A stretch of 32,000 nt of DNA from Candidatus Saccharimonadota bacterium (lineage in GTDB: Bacteria > Bacteroidota > Bacteroidia > Cytophagales > Amoebophilaceae), in contig NZ_OZ034918.1 of the NCBI RefSeq assembly GCF_964030745.1, positions 990,001-1,022,000 on the forward strand, given 5' to 3'. The translations under genes were made by a program, and so were the position numbers. Positions 16,527-25,817 of the stretch are shown here, piece after piece. Below the pieces are notes generated by a model. The model saw only the letters and a list, made by a program, of their open reading frames with translations. It had not been told where the DNA came from and made no database searches. The stretch's first letter is position 1. Every line of letters starts with the position of its first letter.

Positions 16527-16558
16527 ATGGATATTATATATTTGTATATAATATCCAT
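16527..16558 (+). promoter_or_regulatory. Perfect 14-bp inverted repeat containing a TAnnTTTG box, upstream of yebC
   Basis: atggatattatata (16527-16540), tttg, then tatataatatccat (16545-16558). TATATTTG at 16537-16544 fits the Bacteroidota -7 consensus and lies about 90 nt upstream of the yebC ATG. Confidence 0.35.
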
Positions 16559-16636
16559 TATAGTAACGGTTGCATGCAGCTTATCTGGGCTGCTGGTGCA
16601 GCTTATTCTTTATTTTATTCATATTGAAGCAATACA

Positions 16637-17383
16637 ATGGCAGGACATAGTAAGTGGTCTAATATCAAGCGTAAAAAAGGTGTAAATGACGCAAAAAAAA
16701 GTAAAATTTTTACAAAACTGGTTAAGGAGATAACGGTGGCTGCCAGAAGTGGAGGGGCTGAACCAGAACTTAACCCGCGATTGCGTTTGGCGATTCAAAA
16801 TGCCAAGGGAGCCAATATGCCTAAAGAGGCTATACTGCGTGCCATTAGTAAGGCTGGTGGGAATGATGTAGCAGCCTATCATGAAGTCACCTATGAGGGA
16901 TATGGTAGCCATGGTGTGGCCATCATGGTGGTTTGTATGACCGATAAAATGATTAGAACGGTGGCTAATGTGCGGGCTATTTTTGCTAAATATGGTGGCA
17001 GTTTGGAAAAAAGTGGTTCGATTACTTTTTTGTTTGACTATAAAGGAGTGTTTACCATTCCTACAGCAGATATTAAAGATCTGGATGATTTTACATTGGG
17101 GTTGATAGATGCAGGGGCAGAAGCATTGGAAAATGATGGCGCATCTACCCATGTGATTTGTGCGGTAGAAGACTTTGGAAAAGTCCAAAAACAGTTGGAA
17201 GCAGTTGCTGTGGCACCAATTGCTGCAGGGTTACAATATATTCCTCATACCCTGGTGCAGGTCAATGATGCTGCATTGCTTAAACTGATCAAGCTTATAG
17301 ATGCGTTAAAGGATGATGACGACGTGCAAATGGTTTACCATAACATTGATATTCAGCCAGAGCAGGAAGCTTTATGGGAATAG
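16637..17383 (+). CDS. yebC: YebC/PmpR-family DNA-binding transcriptional regulator
   Basis: 248-aa ORF with the canonical N-terminus MAGHSKWSNIKRKKG..DAKKSKIFTKL.KEI..A...GG..P..NPRLR.AI..AK..NMPK. Confidence 0.9.
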   Translation: MAGHSKWSNIKRKKGVNDAKKSKIFTKLVKEITVAARSGGAEPELNPRLRLAIQNAKGANMPKEAILRAISKAGGNDVAAYHEVTYEGYGSHGVAIMVVCMTDKMIRTVANVRAIFAKYGGSLEKSGSITFLFDYKGVFTIPTADIKDLDDFTLGLIDAGAEALENDGASTHVICAVEDFGKVQKQLEAVAVAPIAAGLQYIPHTLVQVNDAALLKLIKLIDALKDDDDVQMVYHNIDIQPEQEALWE

Positions 17384-17401
17384 AAGGTATACATTGCGCT
17401 G

Positions 17402-19549
17402 CTAACATAACCAAAAATTAATATAGCGCTTATCTAAATCGCAACTTTTTACTTTTACCTTGACCATATCCCCTAAGCGGTAACATTTTTTGGAGTGTTG
17501 TCCTACTACTTGAAAGTTGTGTTCTTCAAAGATATAGGTATCATCGGTAAGGTCTGATAAACGTACCATGCCTTCACATGCATTAGATATAATTTCTATA
17601 TACATATTCCATTCTGTTATGCCACTAATGATGCCTTCAAATATTTCGTCTTTTAAATTTTGTATAAATTCTACTTGCTTATACTTTATAGAGGCCCGTT
17701 CTGCATTTACAGCAAGGCATTCCCGTTCTACAGCGTATTGACATTTTTGTTCGTAAAATGCTATGTCATAAATGCGTTCGCCTTTTAAATATTTTTTCAA
17801 AAGACGGTGTGCCAATAGGTCTGCATACCTTCTAATGGGTGAGGTAAAATGGCTATAATGGGCAAAGGCTAGGGCAAAGTGAGGATCAGGTTTTGTGGTG
17901 TAAAGCGCTTTGGCCATAGAGCGAATGGCCAGTGACTGGATGATGTTTTCTTCTTGCTTGCCCTGAATAGCCTTTTCTAATGCGTGCATGGCTTTATATA
18001 TAGGTGCTTTACCTACCTTTATTTTATATCCTAGTTGCTTTACAAATAAAAAGAACTCATTGAGCTTATCTGGATCTGGATGATCATGGGTTCTATATAT
18101 AAAAGTAGGCCCTAGTTTTTCCTGTTTTTGTTTTAGCTTGGCTACATAGGTGGCTACTTCTTTGTTGGCCAGTAACATAAACTCCTCAATGAGTTTATGG
18201 GCATCTGTACGGACCTTTGGTATCACCTGTAGTGGTTTGCCATCGGCATCTAGCTGAAATACCAGTGCTCTGGTTTCAAAATTAATGGCTCCTTTTTCAA
18301 GCCGTTTTGCCCGCAGTTGTTTGGCTAGATTATTCAATAGGGTAAGTGCTTGATGAAAATCTCCTGTTTGGTTATCTATTGCTGCTTGGGCTTCTTCGTA
18401 AGCAAATCTTTTGTTCGAATAAATAATGGTTTCCCCAAACCATTTGTCATAGATTTTTCCTGCTGCATCCAATTCGAAAATTGCTGAAAAAGTTAACTTG
18501 GTTTCGTTTGGACGTAGAGAACATAGCTCGTTAGAAAGGAGTTCTGGCAACATCGGAATACAACGATCTACGAGATAGACAGAAGTGTTACGGGCATAGG
18601 CTTCTTTATCTAGCAAGCTGTCTGGCAATACATAATAACTTACGTCTGCAATATGAATGCCTACTTGATGGCGGCCATTGGCTAATGGTTGATAGGAGAG
18701 GGCATCATCAAAATCCTTGGCATCTGCTGGATCTATGGTAAAGGTGGGTATGCCTCGACAGTCTCTTCTTTTGGTTATTTCTTCCTCTGGAATAACTCTA
18801 GGTATATTTTTAGTACTCGAAAGCACCTCTTCTGGGAAAGTGTCTTTTAAACCAAACTCCGCCATAATGGCATGCATCTCTACTTCATGCAGACCAGCCT
18901 GACCAAGATGCTGTACTATTTTACCAGTCAATTGATTATTGAGGTTGGTAAACGAGGTCAATGCAATGACCACTTTATCATTTTTTTTAAGTATAGCCTG
19001 TTTTGCTTCTTTTAATAAAACAGTGTAGGTCATCCGTTTTTGTTCAACCACTGCTTGGGGCTGCTCTCCAGTGGCGATGATGCGCCCGATTACCGGTGCC
19101 GTATTGCGCTCAATAATTTCCACTACAATGCCCTCTGGTCGCTTACGACGCCCAGTTGGCAGCAAACGCACTTTAACCAAATCCTTATCTAATGCAGATA
19201 ATAGGTTTTTTTGCTGTACCAATACATCTTTGGGTTGATCCGGTGCTACAATGTAAGCATATTCAGGACGGACATAATCTACTCGGCCTGTTACATAACA
19301 AGTAGGCGCGTTGGCATGCAGATAGCGCCCTCTGCTTATTTTTTTAATGCTACCTTTATGCAAAAGGGCTGATAAAGCTTTTTTTACTTTTGCTTTATCT
19401 GATTTTTCCTTGACCTTTAGTGCCATACAGAGTTGTTGTAGCGTATAGGATTGGTTGGAATCTTGTTGTAAGGTGTCTATAATAGACTTAGTATAGTCTT
19501 GCACTTCCATGGTGTTTTTGGTCTTAGGGGTGGAGGTGTGTATAGGCAT
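17402..19549 (-). CDS. rnr: Ribonuclease R
   Basis: 715-aa ORF with RNB-domain blocks TIDPADAKDFDDALS and HFTSPIRRYADLLAHR, and a C-terminal S1-like domain. The true start could be the internal Met14. Confidence 0.9.
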   Translation of the reverse strand: MPIHTSTPKTKNTMEVQDYTKSIIDTLQQDSNQSYTLQQLCMALKVKEKSDKAKVKKALSALLHKGSIKKISRGRYLHANAPTCYVTGRVDYVRPEYAYIVAPDQPKDVLVQQKNLLSALDKDLVKVRLLPTGRRKRPEGIVVEIIERNTAPVIGRIIATGEQPQAVVEQKRMTYTVLLKEAKQAILKKNDKVVIALTSFTNLNNQLTGKIVQHLGQAGLHEVEMHAIMAEFGLKDTFPEEVLSSTKNIPRVIPEEEITKRRDCRGIPTFTIDPADAKDFDDALSYQPLANGRHQVGIHIADVSYYVLPDSLLDKEAYARNTSVYLVDRCIPMLPELLSNELCSLRPNETKLTFSAIFELDAAGKIYDKWFGETIIYSNKRFAYEEAQAAIDNQTGDFHQALTLLNNLAKQLRAKRLEKGAINFETRALVFQLDADGKPLQVIPKVRTDAHKLIEEFMLLANKEVATYVAKLKQKQEKLGPTFIYRTHDHPDPDKLNEFFLFVKQLGYKIKVGKAPIYKAMHALEKAIQGKQEENIIQSLAIRSMAKALYTTKPDPHFALAFAHYSHFTSPIRRYADLLAHRLLKKYLKGERIYDIAFYEQKCQYAVERECLAVNAERASIKYKQVEFIQNLKDEIFEGIISGITEWNMYIEIISNACEGMVRLSDLTDDTYIFEEHNFQVVGQHSKKCYRLGDMVKVKVKSCDLDKRYINFWLC

Positions 19550-19795
19550 AATTTTGAAGATAAAAAAGTGTTTCGTAAGATACGGGATTTACATATTTTT
19601 TTCAAAAACCAATTGTATACTATCCTTATGGCACATGTTGTAAAAAGGTGCTTATCGGCCTAACCTGTGATGCTACAAAGCTCAATATGACAGAGGCAGC
19701 TGTTGAAGTGCATGAAAAGGATGATACAAACAATTTTCAGGTGATGCCTCGTAAAAATTTTACAGTTAATAGAGATGGTTATTTTCATTAACCCT

Positions 19796-20236
19796 TTAAC
19801 CCTTTAACGCTAAAATTGGTCTGAGTTGGTTGAGGTAAAAATCTTCTTTTGATCTCATAATCAATTTTTCTTCTGAATTATGATCATTATAGCCCAGTAG
19901 GTGTAATAACCCATGTACCATGACCATATAGAGTTCTTCTGTTTTTTTTCGGTTATAGGTCTTAGCATTTTCATGAACCCGTTCAATGCTTATATAGATG
20001 TCCCCTAAGATGGTTTTTGTACCTGTGGCGTAGTGAAATGTAATGACATCTGTTAAGGTGTCATGGCTCAAGTAGGTGATGTTTTTACCATATAAATAGT
20101 TATCTGTACAAAAAATAAAGTTGAGCTGGTCTAGCCCGTACCCCTCTTGCCAGATGACGTCTTGTAACCAAGCAGAGATTTTTCTTTTTTGTTTTAGCCT
20201 AAAATTAATTTCTTCTGAAAAATAATAAATATTCAT
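19796..20236 (-). CDS. ybeY: rRNA maturation endoribonuclease YbeY
   Basis: Zinc-binding motif HGLLHLLGYNDH. The start is set at ATG 20236 (MNIYYFSEE...), not at the longest ORF start (20263). Confidence 0.9.
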   Translation of the reverse strand: MNIYYFSEEINFRLKQKRKISAWLQDVIWQEGYGLDQLNFIFCTDNYLYGKNITYLSHDTLTDVITFHYATGTKTILGDIYISIERVHENAKTYNRKKTEELYMVMVHGLLHLLGYNDHNSEEKLIMRSKEDFYLNQLRPILALKG

Positions 20237-20335
20237 TATGATCTTATTATCTTGCAATACCAAATGATCAGGTAAACCCTTTCATGTAATCCATTTGGCC
20301 GTAAATTACGGCTTATTCTGTTCAAAAGATACAAT

Positions 20336-21961
20336 ATGTCTACCCAAGATCAGTTTATGCCTATTGAGCCGCAAGCCAGTCGTTGGCCTATTACCATACT
20401 CCATCAAAACCAAAAAGCCTTTTTAAGGGAGGTGGTGGACAAAACTTTTCAATCTTTGTATGCACGCTACCCAATGGATGGGGAACTTTACCGAATATTG
20501 GCGCAAACAGCTTCTAGAGAATTGGCTAGAATGGAGTCAGATCCATGGAGCTGTGACCCTAAGGATGACCGTTCCTTTTGGGAGGCTATGGTAACTTCCA
20601 TTGAAAATAAAATAGAAGCTACTAAGCTTTTAAGAATGGTTATAGAACGCTATGTAAGGGAGATTTGTAGCCATTTTAGTGTGCGTCATTATCAGTGTAT
20701 CGCTAGAGGGGTACACCATACCTTTATGCACCTGCTTAAGCCTCATTGTGTTGGCTTTGGACCAGAACGTTGGAATTTGCGCCACAAAGGGTTACAGGAA
20801 AAGTTTCATTTGATGGGGCAGACGCATATGATGCGTGCATTGGCGCAAATAGGTACGATTGTGATCGTACCTACTCATACGAGCAATTGGGACTCTGTTG
20901 TGATAGGATTGGCTATGAAGCAATTGGGGTTGCCGCCCTTGACTTGGGGTGCGGGACTGAATTTGTTTAATAATAAGGGGTTTCGTTATGTTTTTAATAA
21001 GCTAGGTACGTATAAGGTAGATCGACGTAAAAAGACCATCCCCTACTTACAAGCACAGAAAGATTATGCTTGTTTGACGCTGGAATGGGGCTGTCATACA
21101 TTATTTTATCCGGGTGGCACCCGTAGCCGCTTGGGGGCTATAGAGGCTGATTTAAAATTAGGTTTGTTAGGTACTCCTTTTGAGGCACAAGAAGGTAACT
21201 TTCACAACCAAGGGGTAACTGCTAGGAAGCTGTTTATTGTTCCAATGGTACTCAATTACCATTGTGTCTTAGAAGCCTATCAATTGATACGTGAATCGGT
21301 GCAAATGGAGCATGTGGCCTCTTCTCTGGTGCAGCAAGGTTGTTGTGCTACTAACTTACTGTTTAGTAAAAATATATTACTTAAGGGTTCGGAAATATTT
21401 GTTAATATAGGCGCCCCCTTAGATGTAATGGGAAATAGGGTAGATAGCCAAGGGCGTAGTTATGATGATCAGGGCCAAGAAATAGATTTATACCAGCAGT
21501 TTCTTGATCTTCCTATAAAGACGGCTGCTAGAAAGCGTTCAGATGATTGTGTTAAAACGCTTAGTCGTAAAATTGTAGCAGCTTATTACGCTATTAATAC
21601 GGTGCTTAGCAGCCATCTAGTAGCTTTTGTTGCTTATGAATTGGCGCAAAAGCGCGAAGGGTTTTCAATGGACCTGCCCCATATCACAGTTCATTATACT
21701 GATTTTATGGTGGCTTTTGAGCATACCTATCAGGCATTGCAATTGCTTTATATGTCAAAAAAAATCGATTTTACCCCTATTCTACAAAATGGTTCGTTGG
21801 AGGATATTGCCAAAGATGGATTGGCTAAATTGGGGGTATACCATGCGCGAAGGCCATTGGTGGCAACAGAAAGTGGCGATTTGGTGATTCAAGATCTTTT
21901 GACATTATATTATTATCATAATAGGCTGACTGGCTATGGACTCGAAGCAATTTTTTCCTAG
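20336..21961 (+). CDS. PlsB-like glycerol-3-phosphate/lysophospholipid acyltransferase (HX4D family)
   Basis: 541-aa ORF. The acyltransferase motif I is PTHTSNWDSV (HxxxxD), and motif III is YPGGTRSR. The long N-terminal extension before HX4D resembles PlsB more than PlsC. It lies immediately upstream of gpsA. Confidence 0.65.
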   Translation: MSTQDQFMPIEPQASRWPITILHQNQKAFLREVVDKTFQSLYARYPMDGELYRILAQTASRELARMESDPWSCDPKDDRSFWEAMVTSIENKIEATKLLRMVIERYVREICSHFSVRHYQCIARGVHHTFMHLLKPHCVGFGPERWNLRHKGLQEKFHLMGQTHMMRALAQIGTIVIVPTHTSNWDSVVIGLAMKQLGLPPLTWGAGLNLFNNKGFRYVFNKLGTYKVDRRKKTIPYLQAQKDYACLTLEWGCHTLFYPGGTRSRLGAIEADLKLGLLGTPFEAQEGNFHNQGVTARKLFIVPMVLNYHCVLEAYQLIRESVQMEHVASSLVQQGCCATNLLFSKNILLKGSEIFVNIGAPLDVMGNRVDSQGRSYDDQGQEIDLYQQFLDLPIKTAARKRSDDCVKTLSRKIVAAYYAINTVLSSHLVAFVAYELAQKREGFSMDLPHITVHYTDFMVAFEHTYQALQLLYMSKKIDFTPILQNGSLEDIAKDGLAKLGVYHARRPLVATESGDLVIQDLLTLYYYHNRLTGYGLEAIFS

Positions 21962-21965
21962 TAAA

Positions 21966-22949
21966 ATGGTAGCGGTTTTAGGGGCAGGGAAATTTGGCAC
22001 TGCCGTTGCAAATTTAGTGGCACCCAATGCAAAGTGTGTATGGCTCTATGACCATAAAGCGGAACGTGCCCTTGCATCACAAATGAACCGGACCAGTTCG
22101 GGGCAACCGTTGGCGGCTAATGTGGTGGTTACGAATGATTTGGCTATGGCCTTACATACTTGTTTTGTTGTTTTTCCAGTAGTACCTGCTGCTAAGTTTC
22201 GTGGATTGATGCGGCAGATTGCCTCAGATCTTAGCACAGATCATATATTGATACATGGTACTAAGGGATTGGATTTTTCCCAAGATGGTGTCCTGTTGCC
22301 CAATAGGGGGGTGACTACTATGAGTGAAGTCATCTTTCAAGAAACGGTAGTGCGACAAATTGGTTGTCTGGCTGGCCCTAATTTGTCTACAGAGTTGGTG
22401 AAAAAGCACCCAGCTGTTACAGTGGTTGCCAGTACTACGCCTAAGGTTTTATCTGTGGGAAGCGCGCTTTTAACCAGTGACTGGTTTCGCGTCTACACGA
22501 GTCAAGAGCTGCTCAGTGTAGAAATAGGTAGTGTGCTGAAAAATATTTTTGCCATTGGTGCGGGTATAATAGGAGGTATGGGTTATCAGGCTAATACCTA
22601 TGCTTTTTTCATTACCAAGGCTATCTCAGAAATGTCTTCTATCATGGACACGATGGGCATTGGTAAGTGTGCGTTATTGGGACCAGCGGGTCTAGGAGAT
22701 TTGTTGGCCACTTGTGGTAGTGTAGCTAGTAGGAACTATACCATTGGCTACCGTTTGGCACAAGGAGAAAGGCTAACCGATATCTTAACTACTACAAAAG
22801 AGGTTTCTGAAGGGGTGCAAACGGTTAAAGCCATTTACCATTTGATGCAATCTTATGGAAGCAAGGCTTCTATAACGGAAACTATCTACCGCATGCTTTT
22901 TGAGGAATTTTCATTGAAGCAAGGAGTTGATGGGCTGCTTGGTCTGTAA
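21966..22949 (+). CDS. gpsA: NAD(P)H-dependent glycerol-3-phosphate dehydrogenase
   Basis: N-terminal MVAVLGAGKFGTAVA (Rossmann fold), plus GPNLSTEL, KNIFAIGAGI and SRNYTIGYRLAQG blocks. The alternative upstream ATG at 21936 would overlap the preceding gene by 26 nt. Confidence 0.85.
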   Translation: MVAVLGAGKFGTAVANLVAPNAKCVWLYDHKAERALASQMNRTSSGQPLAANVVVTNDLAMALHTCFVVFPVVPAAKFRGLMRQIASDLSTDHILIHGTKGLDFSQDGVLLPNRGVTTMSEVIFQETVVRQIGCLAGPNLSTELVKKHPAVTVVASTTPKVLSVGSALLTSDWFRVYTSQELLSVEIGSVLKNIFAIGAGIIGGMGYQANTYAFFITKAISEMSSIMDTMGIGKCALLGPAGLGDLLATCGSVASRNYTIGYRLAQGERLTDILTTTKEVSEGVQTVKAIYHLMQSYGSKASITETIYRMLFEEFSLKQGVDGLLGL

Positions 22950-23021
22950 TTGTAAGGTACTGGGTTTCCTGAGCAAGCAGTAGCTGAAAAATCAACCTCT
23001 GTAGTAACATACATTATCTCC

Positions 23022-24776
23022 ATGCAGACGAATCCATTTTCATTTTTATGGTCGATTATAAAGCCATATAAATACCAATATCTCATCATGTTTATTGCGC
23101 CATTTAGTAGTGGCATCTATCCGATTATCTACAGCTACGCTGTCAAGCTATTAATTGATTTATTTACTCAACATGAACAGATTACTATTGAAAATAGTTA
23201 CAGACCCATAGCCTGGTTTCTAGGGGCCCAAGTGATTCTTGATGGTGGATGGCGTGCACATAATTGGGCTCAATTAAAATGTATGCCTGGCATTGTACAG
23301 CGTATTCTATATCAGGTTTGTACCCACTGTTTTGATCTGCCTTATAATTATTTTCAAACAAATCTTTCAGGTTCTATTGTAGGTAAGATGAAGGGGATTG
23401 CTGATAACTACTTTAAGTTGCATCAGGCAGTTGAATATAAGTTTAGTAAACCGTTGTTGGTTACATTATTTTCTGGAATGGCACTAGCCTTTACCAATAT
23501 AAAAATATTCTTTTTTGTACTCATATTTATTATTATCTATGCACCAATAGCCTGTGGATTTTTTACAAAACTTGCTAGAATGGAGCAAGCAAAACAAAAT
23601 TCTTGGTACTACCTATTTGGAACAGTTGCTGATCGTATGATTAACATCTTCACGATCTTTTCTTTTGCTACTAAAAAGCGTGAGTTACAAAAAATTCAAG
23701 ATTATTATAATGATATACACAAACCATTACTCATCAAATATTATAAATATGATTTAATTGTATCTATTATATTAAGTTTATTCTATTGGATATTTTTGAT
23801 TGGGCTATTTTGTTATGTGATTTGCTTGCGTAATAGTGGCCAAATCTCCGTTGGAGATATTGCTTTTATTATCTCGCTTACCTTTTCATTTAGTGAAAAT
23901 TCTTGGGATACAACCTGTCAACTTAAAGATTTTTTGGAAGATATTGCTGCTTTTCGTTCGGCATTTACCATTATGCAAATGGCTAAAGATACCATTGATA
24001 AGCCTGATGCAGTGGAATTAAAGGTTTCAAAAGGTGCGATTTTATTCCAGAATCTATCATTCGGTTACAGTGATGACCATCTTATTTTTCAAGAACTGAA
24101 TCTTTCCATCCAAGCTGGTCAAAAGGTTGGTATGGTTGGAGCTTCTGGAGCTGGAAAGTCTACCTTAATGGCTTTGTTGCTTAAAAATTTTAAACCAAAA
24201 AGTGGAAACATTATTATTGATAACCAGAGTATCTATGATGTTTCTTCCGATAGTTTGCGTGCGCAGATAGCACTCATTCCGCAAGATATCATGTTATTCC
24301 ATCGTTCTATTGGAGAAAATATTGGGTATGCTAAAGCCGATGTTACACAAGCTGAAATTGTGCATGCGGCAGAAGTAGCGGGCATCCATGCCTTTATAGA
24401 AACACTTCCTGATCAATATGATACCCTGGTAGGGGAAAGGGGAGTTAAACTAAGCGGTGGGCAACGTCAACGCATTGCCATAGCCAGGGCTATGCTAAAA
24501 AATGCGCCTATTTTGATTTTAGATGAAGCTACTTCTGCGCTTGATAGCGATACGGAACAAGAAATCCAAAGGTCTATTCATGCCATCTTGGAACTACATC
24601 ATGCAACCGTTATTGCCATAGCACATCGTCTTTCGACTATCAAACATTTGGATAGAATTGTGGTTATGGAAGGGGGAAGGGTTGTTGAAGATGGAAGTTT
24701 TTTGGACTTATTGGCCATTCCAGATGGTAAATTTAAGCTGCTTTGGGAGCACCAGGTGGATGGAATGGGGGTGTGA
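23022..24776 (+). CDS. ABC exporter, fused permease/ATPase (MsbA/MdlB-like)
   Basis: 584-aa ORF with an N-terminal 6-TM domain, Walker A GASGAGKST, signature LSGGQRQR and Walker B ILILDEATS. Confidence 0.9.
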   Translation: MQTNPFSFLWSIIKPYKYQYLIMFIAPFSSGIYPIIYSYAVKLLIDLFTQHEQITIENSYRPIAWFLGAQVILDGGWRAHNWAQLKCMPGIVQRILYQVCTHCFDLPYNYFQTNLSGSIVGKMKGIADNYFKLHQAVEYKFSKPLLVTLFSGMALAFTNIKIFFFVLIFIIIYAPIACGFFTKLARMEQAKQNSWYYLFGTVADRMINIFTIFSFATKKRELQKIQDYYNDIHKPLLIKYYKYDLIVSIILSLFYWIFLIGLFCYVICLRNSGQISVGDIAFIISLTFSFSENSWDTTCQLKDFLEDIAAFRSAFTIMQMAKDTIDKPDAVELKVSKGAILFQNLSFGYSDDHLIFQELNLSIQAGQKVGMVGASGAGKSTLMALLLKNFKPKSGNIIIDNQSIYDVSSDSLRAQIALIPQDIMLFHRSIGENIGYAKADVTQAEIVHAAEVAGIHAFIETLPDQYDTLVGERGVKLSGGQRQRIAIARAMLKNAPILILDEATSALDSDTEQEIQRSIHAILELHHATVIAIAHRLSTIKHLDRIVVMEGGRVVEDGSFLDLLAIPDGKFKLLWEHQVDGMGV

Positions 24777-24783
24777 AAATAGT

Positions 24784-24820
24784 ATGGCCGTTTATAGAAG
24801 AAATTTTTATAAACGGCCAT
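24784..24820. terminator. Bidirectional stem-loop terminator between convergent genes
   Basis: Perfect 13-bp stem atggccgtttata (24784-24796) pairing with tataaacggccat (24808-24820), with an 11-nt A/T-rich loop. It lies between the ABC exporter stop (24776) and the FKBP gene stop (24837). Confidence 0.6.
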
Positions 24821-24836
24821 AAGCAAGACGATTGCA

Positions 24837-25808
24837 TTAGCGCACATCTATGACCTCAACCTCAAATAATAGAATGGAATTTGCAGGAATAAGATTGCCT
24901 ATAGCATCTGGACCATAGGCTAAAGCAGATGGTATAAAAAAACGTGCTTTTTCATTTTTTTTGAGTAATAACAAACCCTCGTCCCATCCTTTAATAACAT
25001 AACCCACACCTACCTGAAACTCAAGTGGCTGATAAGGTCTTTTTGGATTATACAGGTTATGCGCTTTGGCAACCTCCTCTACGCTGGTATCAAAAATAGT
25101 ACCATCTAATAGCCTACCGGTATAATGAACTTTAATGGTCTTGCCCTCAAGAACAGGTGTAGCCTCTTTAACAGGCTGGTCAATAATATAAAAAAGACCA
25201 GAATCTGTGGAAGATGCCTCAATGTGATGCTTGGCTAAATAGTCGGTAATGAGCTGTTTATCCTTAGCTAGTTGTGTAGTACGACGTGCTTCTATCATTT
25301 GGTTGTATGCTTCATCGGTCATAATCTTATCTAATTTAATATCCATTACTAGTTCGTCTTCTTTATTTAAATTCAGTGCTTTTAAAGTTTGCTCCAACTG
25401 TTCTAGATTTTCTTCTCCTAGGTAGTATTGAGGTGTGCATTTAAAGAGCATGCGTTGCTTTTCTTGCATCATACCAACCATATGAGCGATCTGCTTACTT
25501 TTGGATTGAAAGGTTTTGTCAAATCGCAAGAAGAAAGGCTCCGGTTTGTTGATGAACACTAATTCCTTTTGGCTATTTTGTTTGTCTTTTGCCCTTTTTT
25601 TAGGTACTGCTTTCATGATAAGAGAGAGCCCGATCCATTCACCCTCCTTGACGGTGCGTCCATTGCCTTGCCTACCTATCGACTTATAAGAAAGACCAGA
25701 TGGGGTGGTTAGAAAAGGATAGCCATAAGAATGGTATTGATGATTGTACCAGGCCAGCCCTATGGCTAGTGCTAGCAATATCCAAGCGTATATTATTTTA
25801 CGTTTCAT
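24837..25808 (-). CDS. FKBP-type peptidyl-prolyl cis-trans isomerase with an N-terminal signal/anchor and a long N-domain
   Basis: The C-terminal FKBP domain reads VHYTGRLLDGTIFDTS...GVGYVIKGWDEGLLLL...IPSALAYG. The N-terminus MKRKIIYAWILLALAIGLAW is hydrophobic. Confidence 0.85.
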   Translation of the reverse strand: MKRKIIYAWILLALAIGLAWYNHQYHSYGYPFLTTPSGLSYKSIGRQGNGRTVKEGEWIGLSLIMKAVPKKRAKDKQNSQKELVFINKPEPFFLRFDKTFQSKSKQIAHMVGMMQEKQRMLFKCTPQYYLGEENLEQLEQTLKALNLNKEDELVMDIKLDKIMTDEAYNQMIEARRTTQLAKDKQLITDYLAKHHIEASSTDSGLFYIIDQPVKEATPVLEGKTIKVHYTGRLLDGTIFDTSVEEVAKAHNLYNPKRPYQPLEFQVGVGYVIKGWDEGLLLLKKNEKARFFIPSALAYGPDAIGNLIPANSILLFEVEVIDVR

Positions 25809-25817
25809 ATGATTTAG

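Noticed and set aside
16458-17188. ORFs 16458-16685 (75 aa, plus strand) and 16619-17188 (189 aa, minus strand)
   Set aside because: The first overlaps the yebC start and is an AT-rich hydrophobic artefact. The second is antisense to the well-conserved yebC frame and has a Cys/His/Phe-rich translation.
19687-19794. 35-codon plus-strand ORF (MTEAAVEVHEKDDTNNFQVMPRKNFTVNRDGYFH) between rnr and ybeY, and the short tandem aaccctttaaccctttaac at the ybeY stop
   Set aside because: I see no recognisable motif, ribosome-binding context or conservation evidence. The 8-nt tandem is too short to interpret.
21936-21965. Longer gpsA start at 21936, overlapping the acyltransferase gene by 26 nt
   Set aside because: The ATG at 21966 places the Rossmann motif (MVAVLGAGKFG) at the very N-terminus, as in typical GpsA, and removes the overlap. 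The longer form cannot be excluded.
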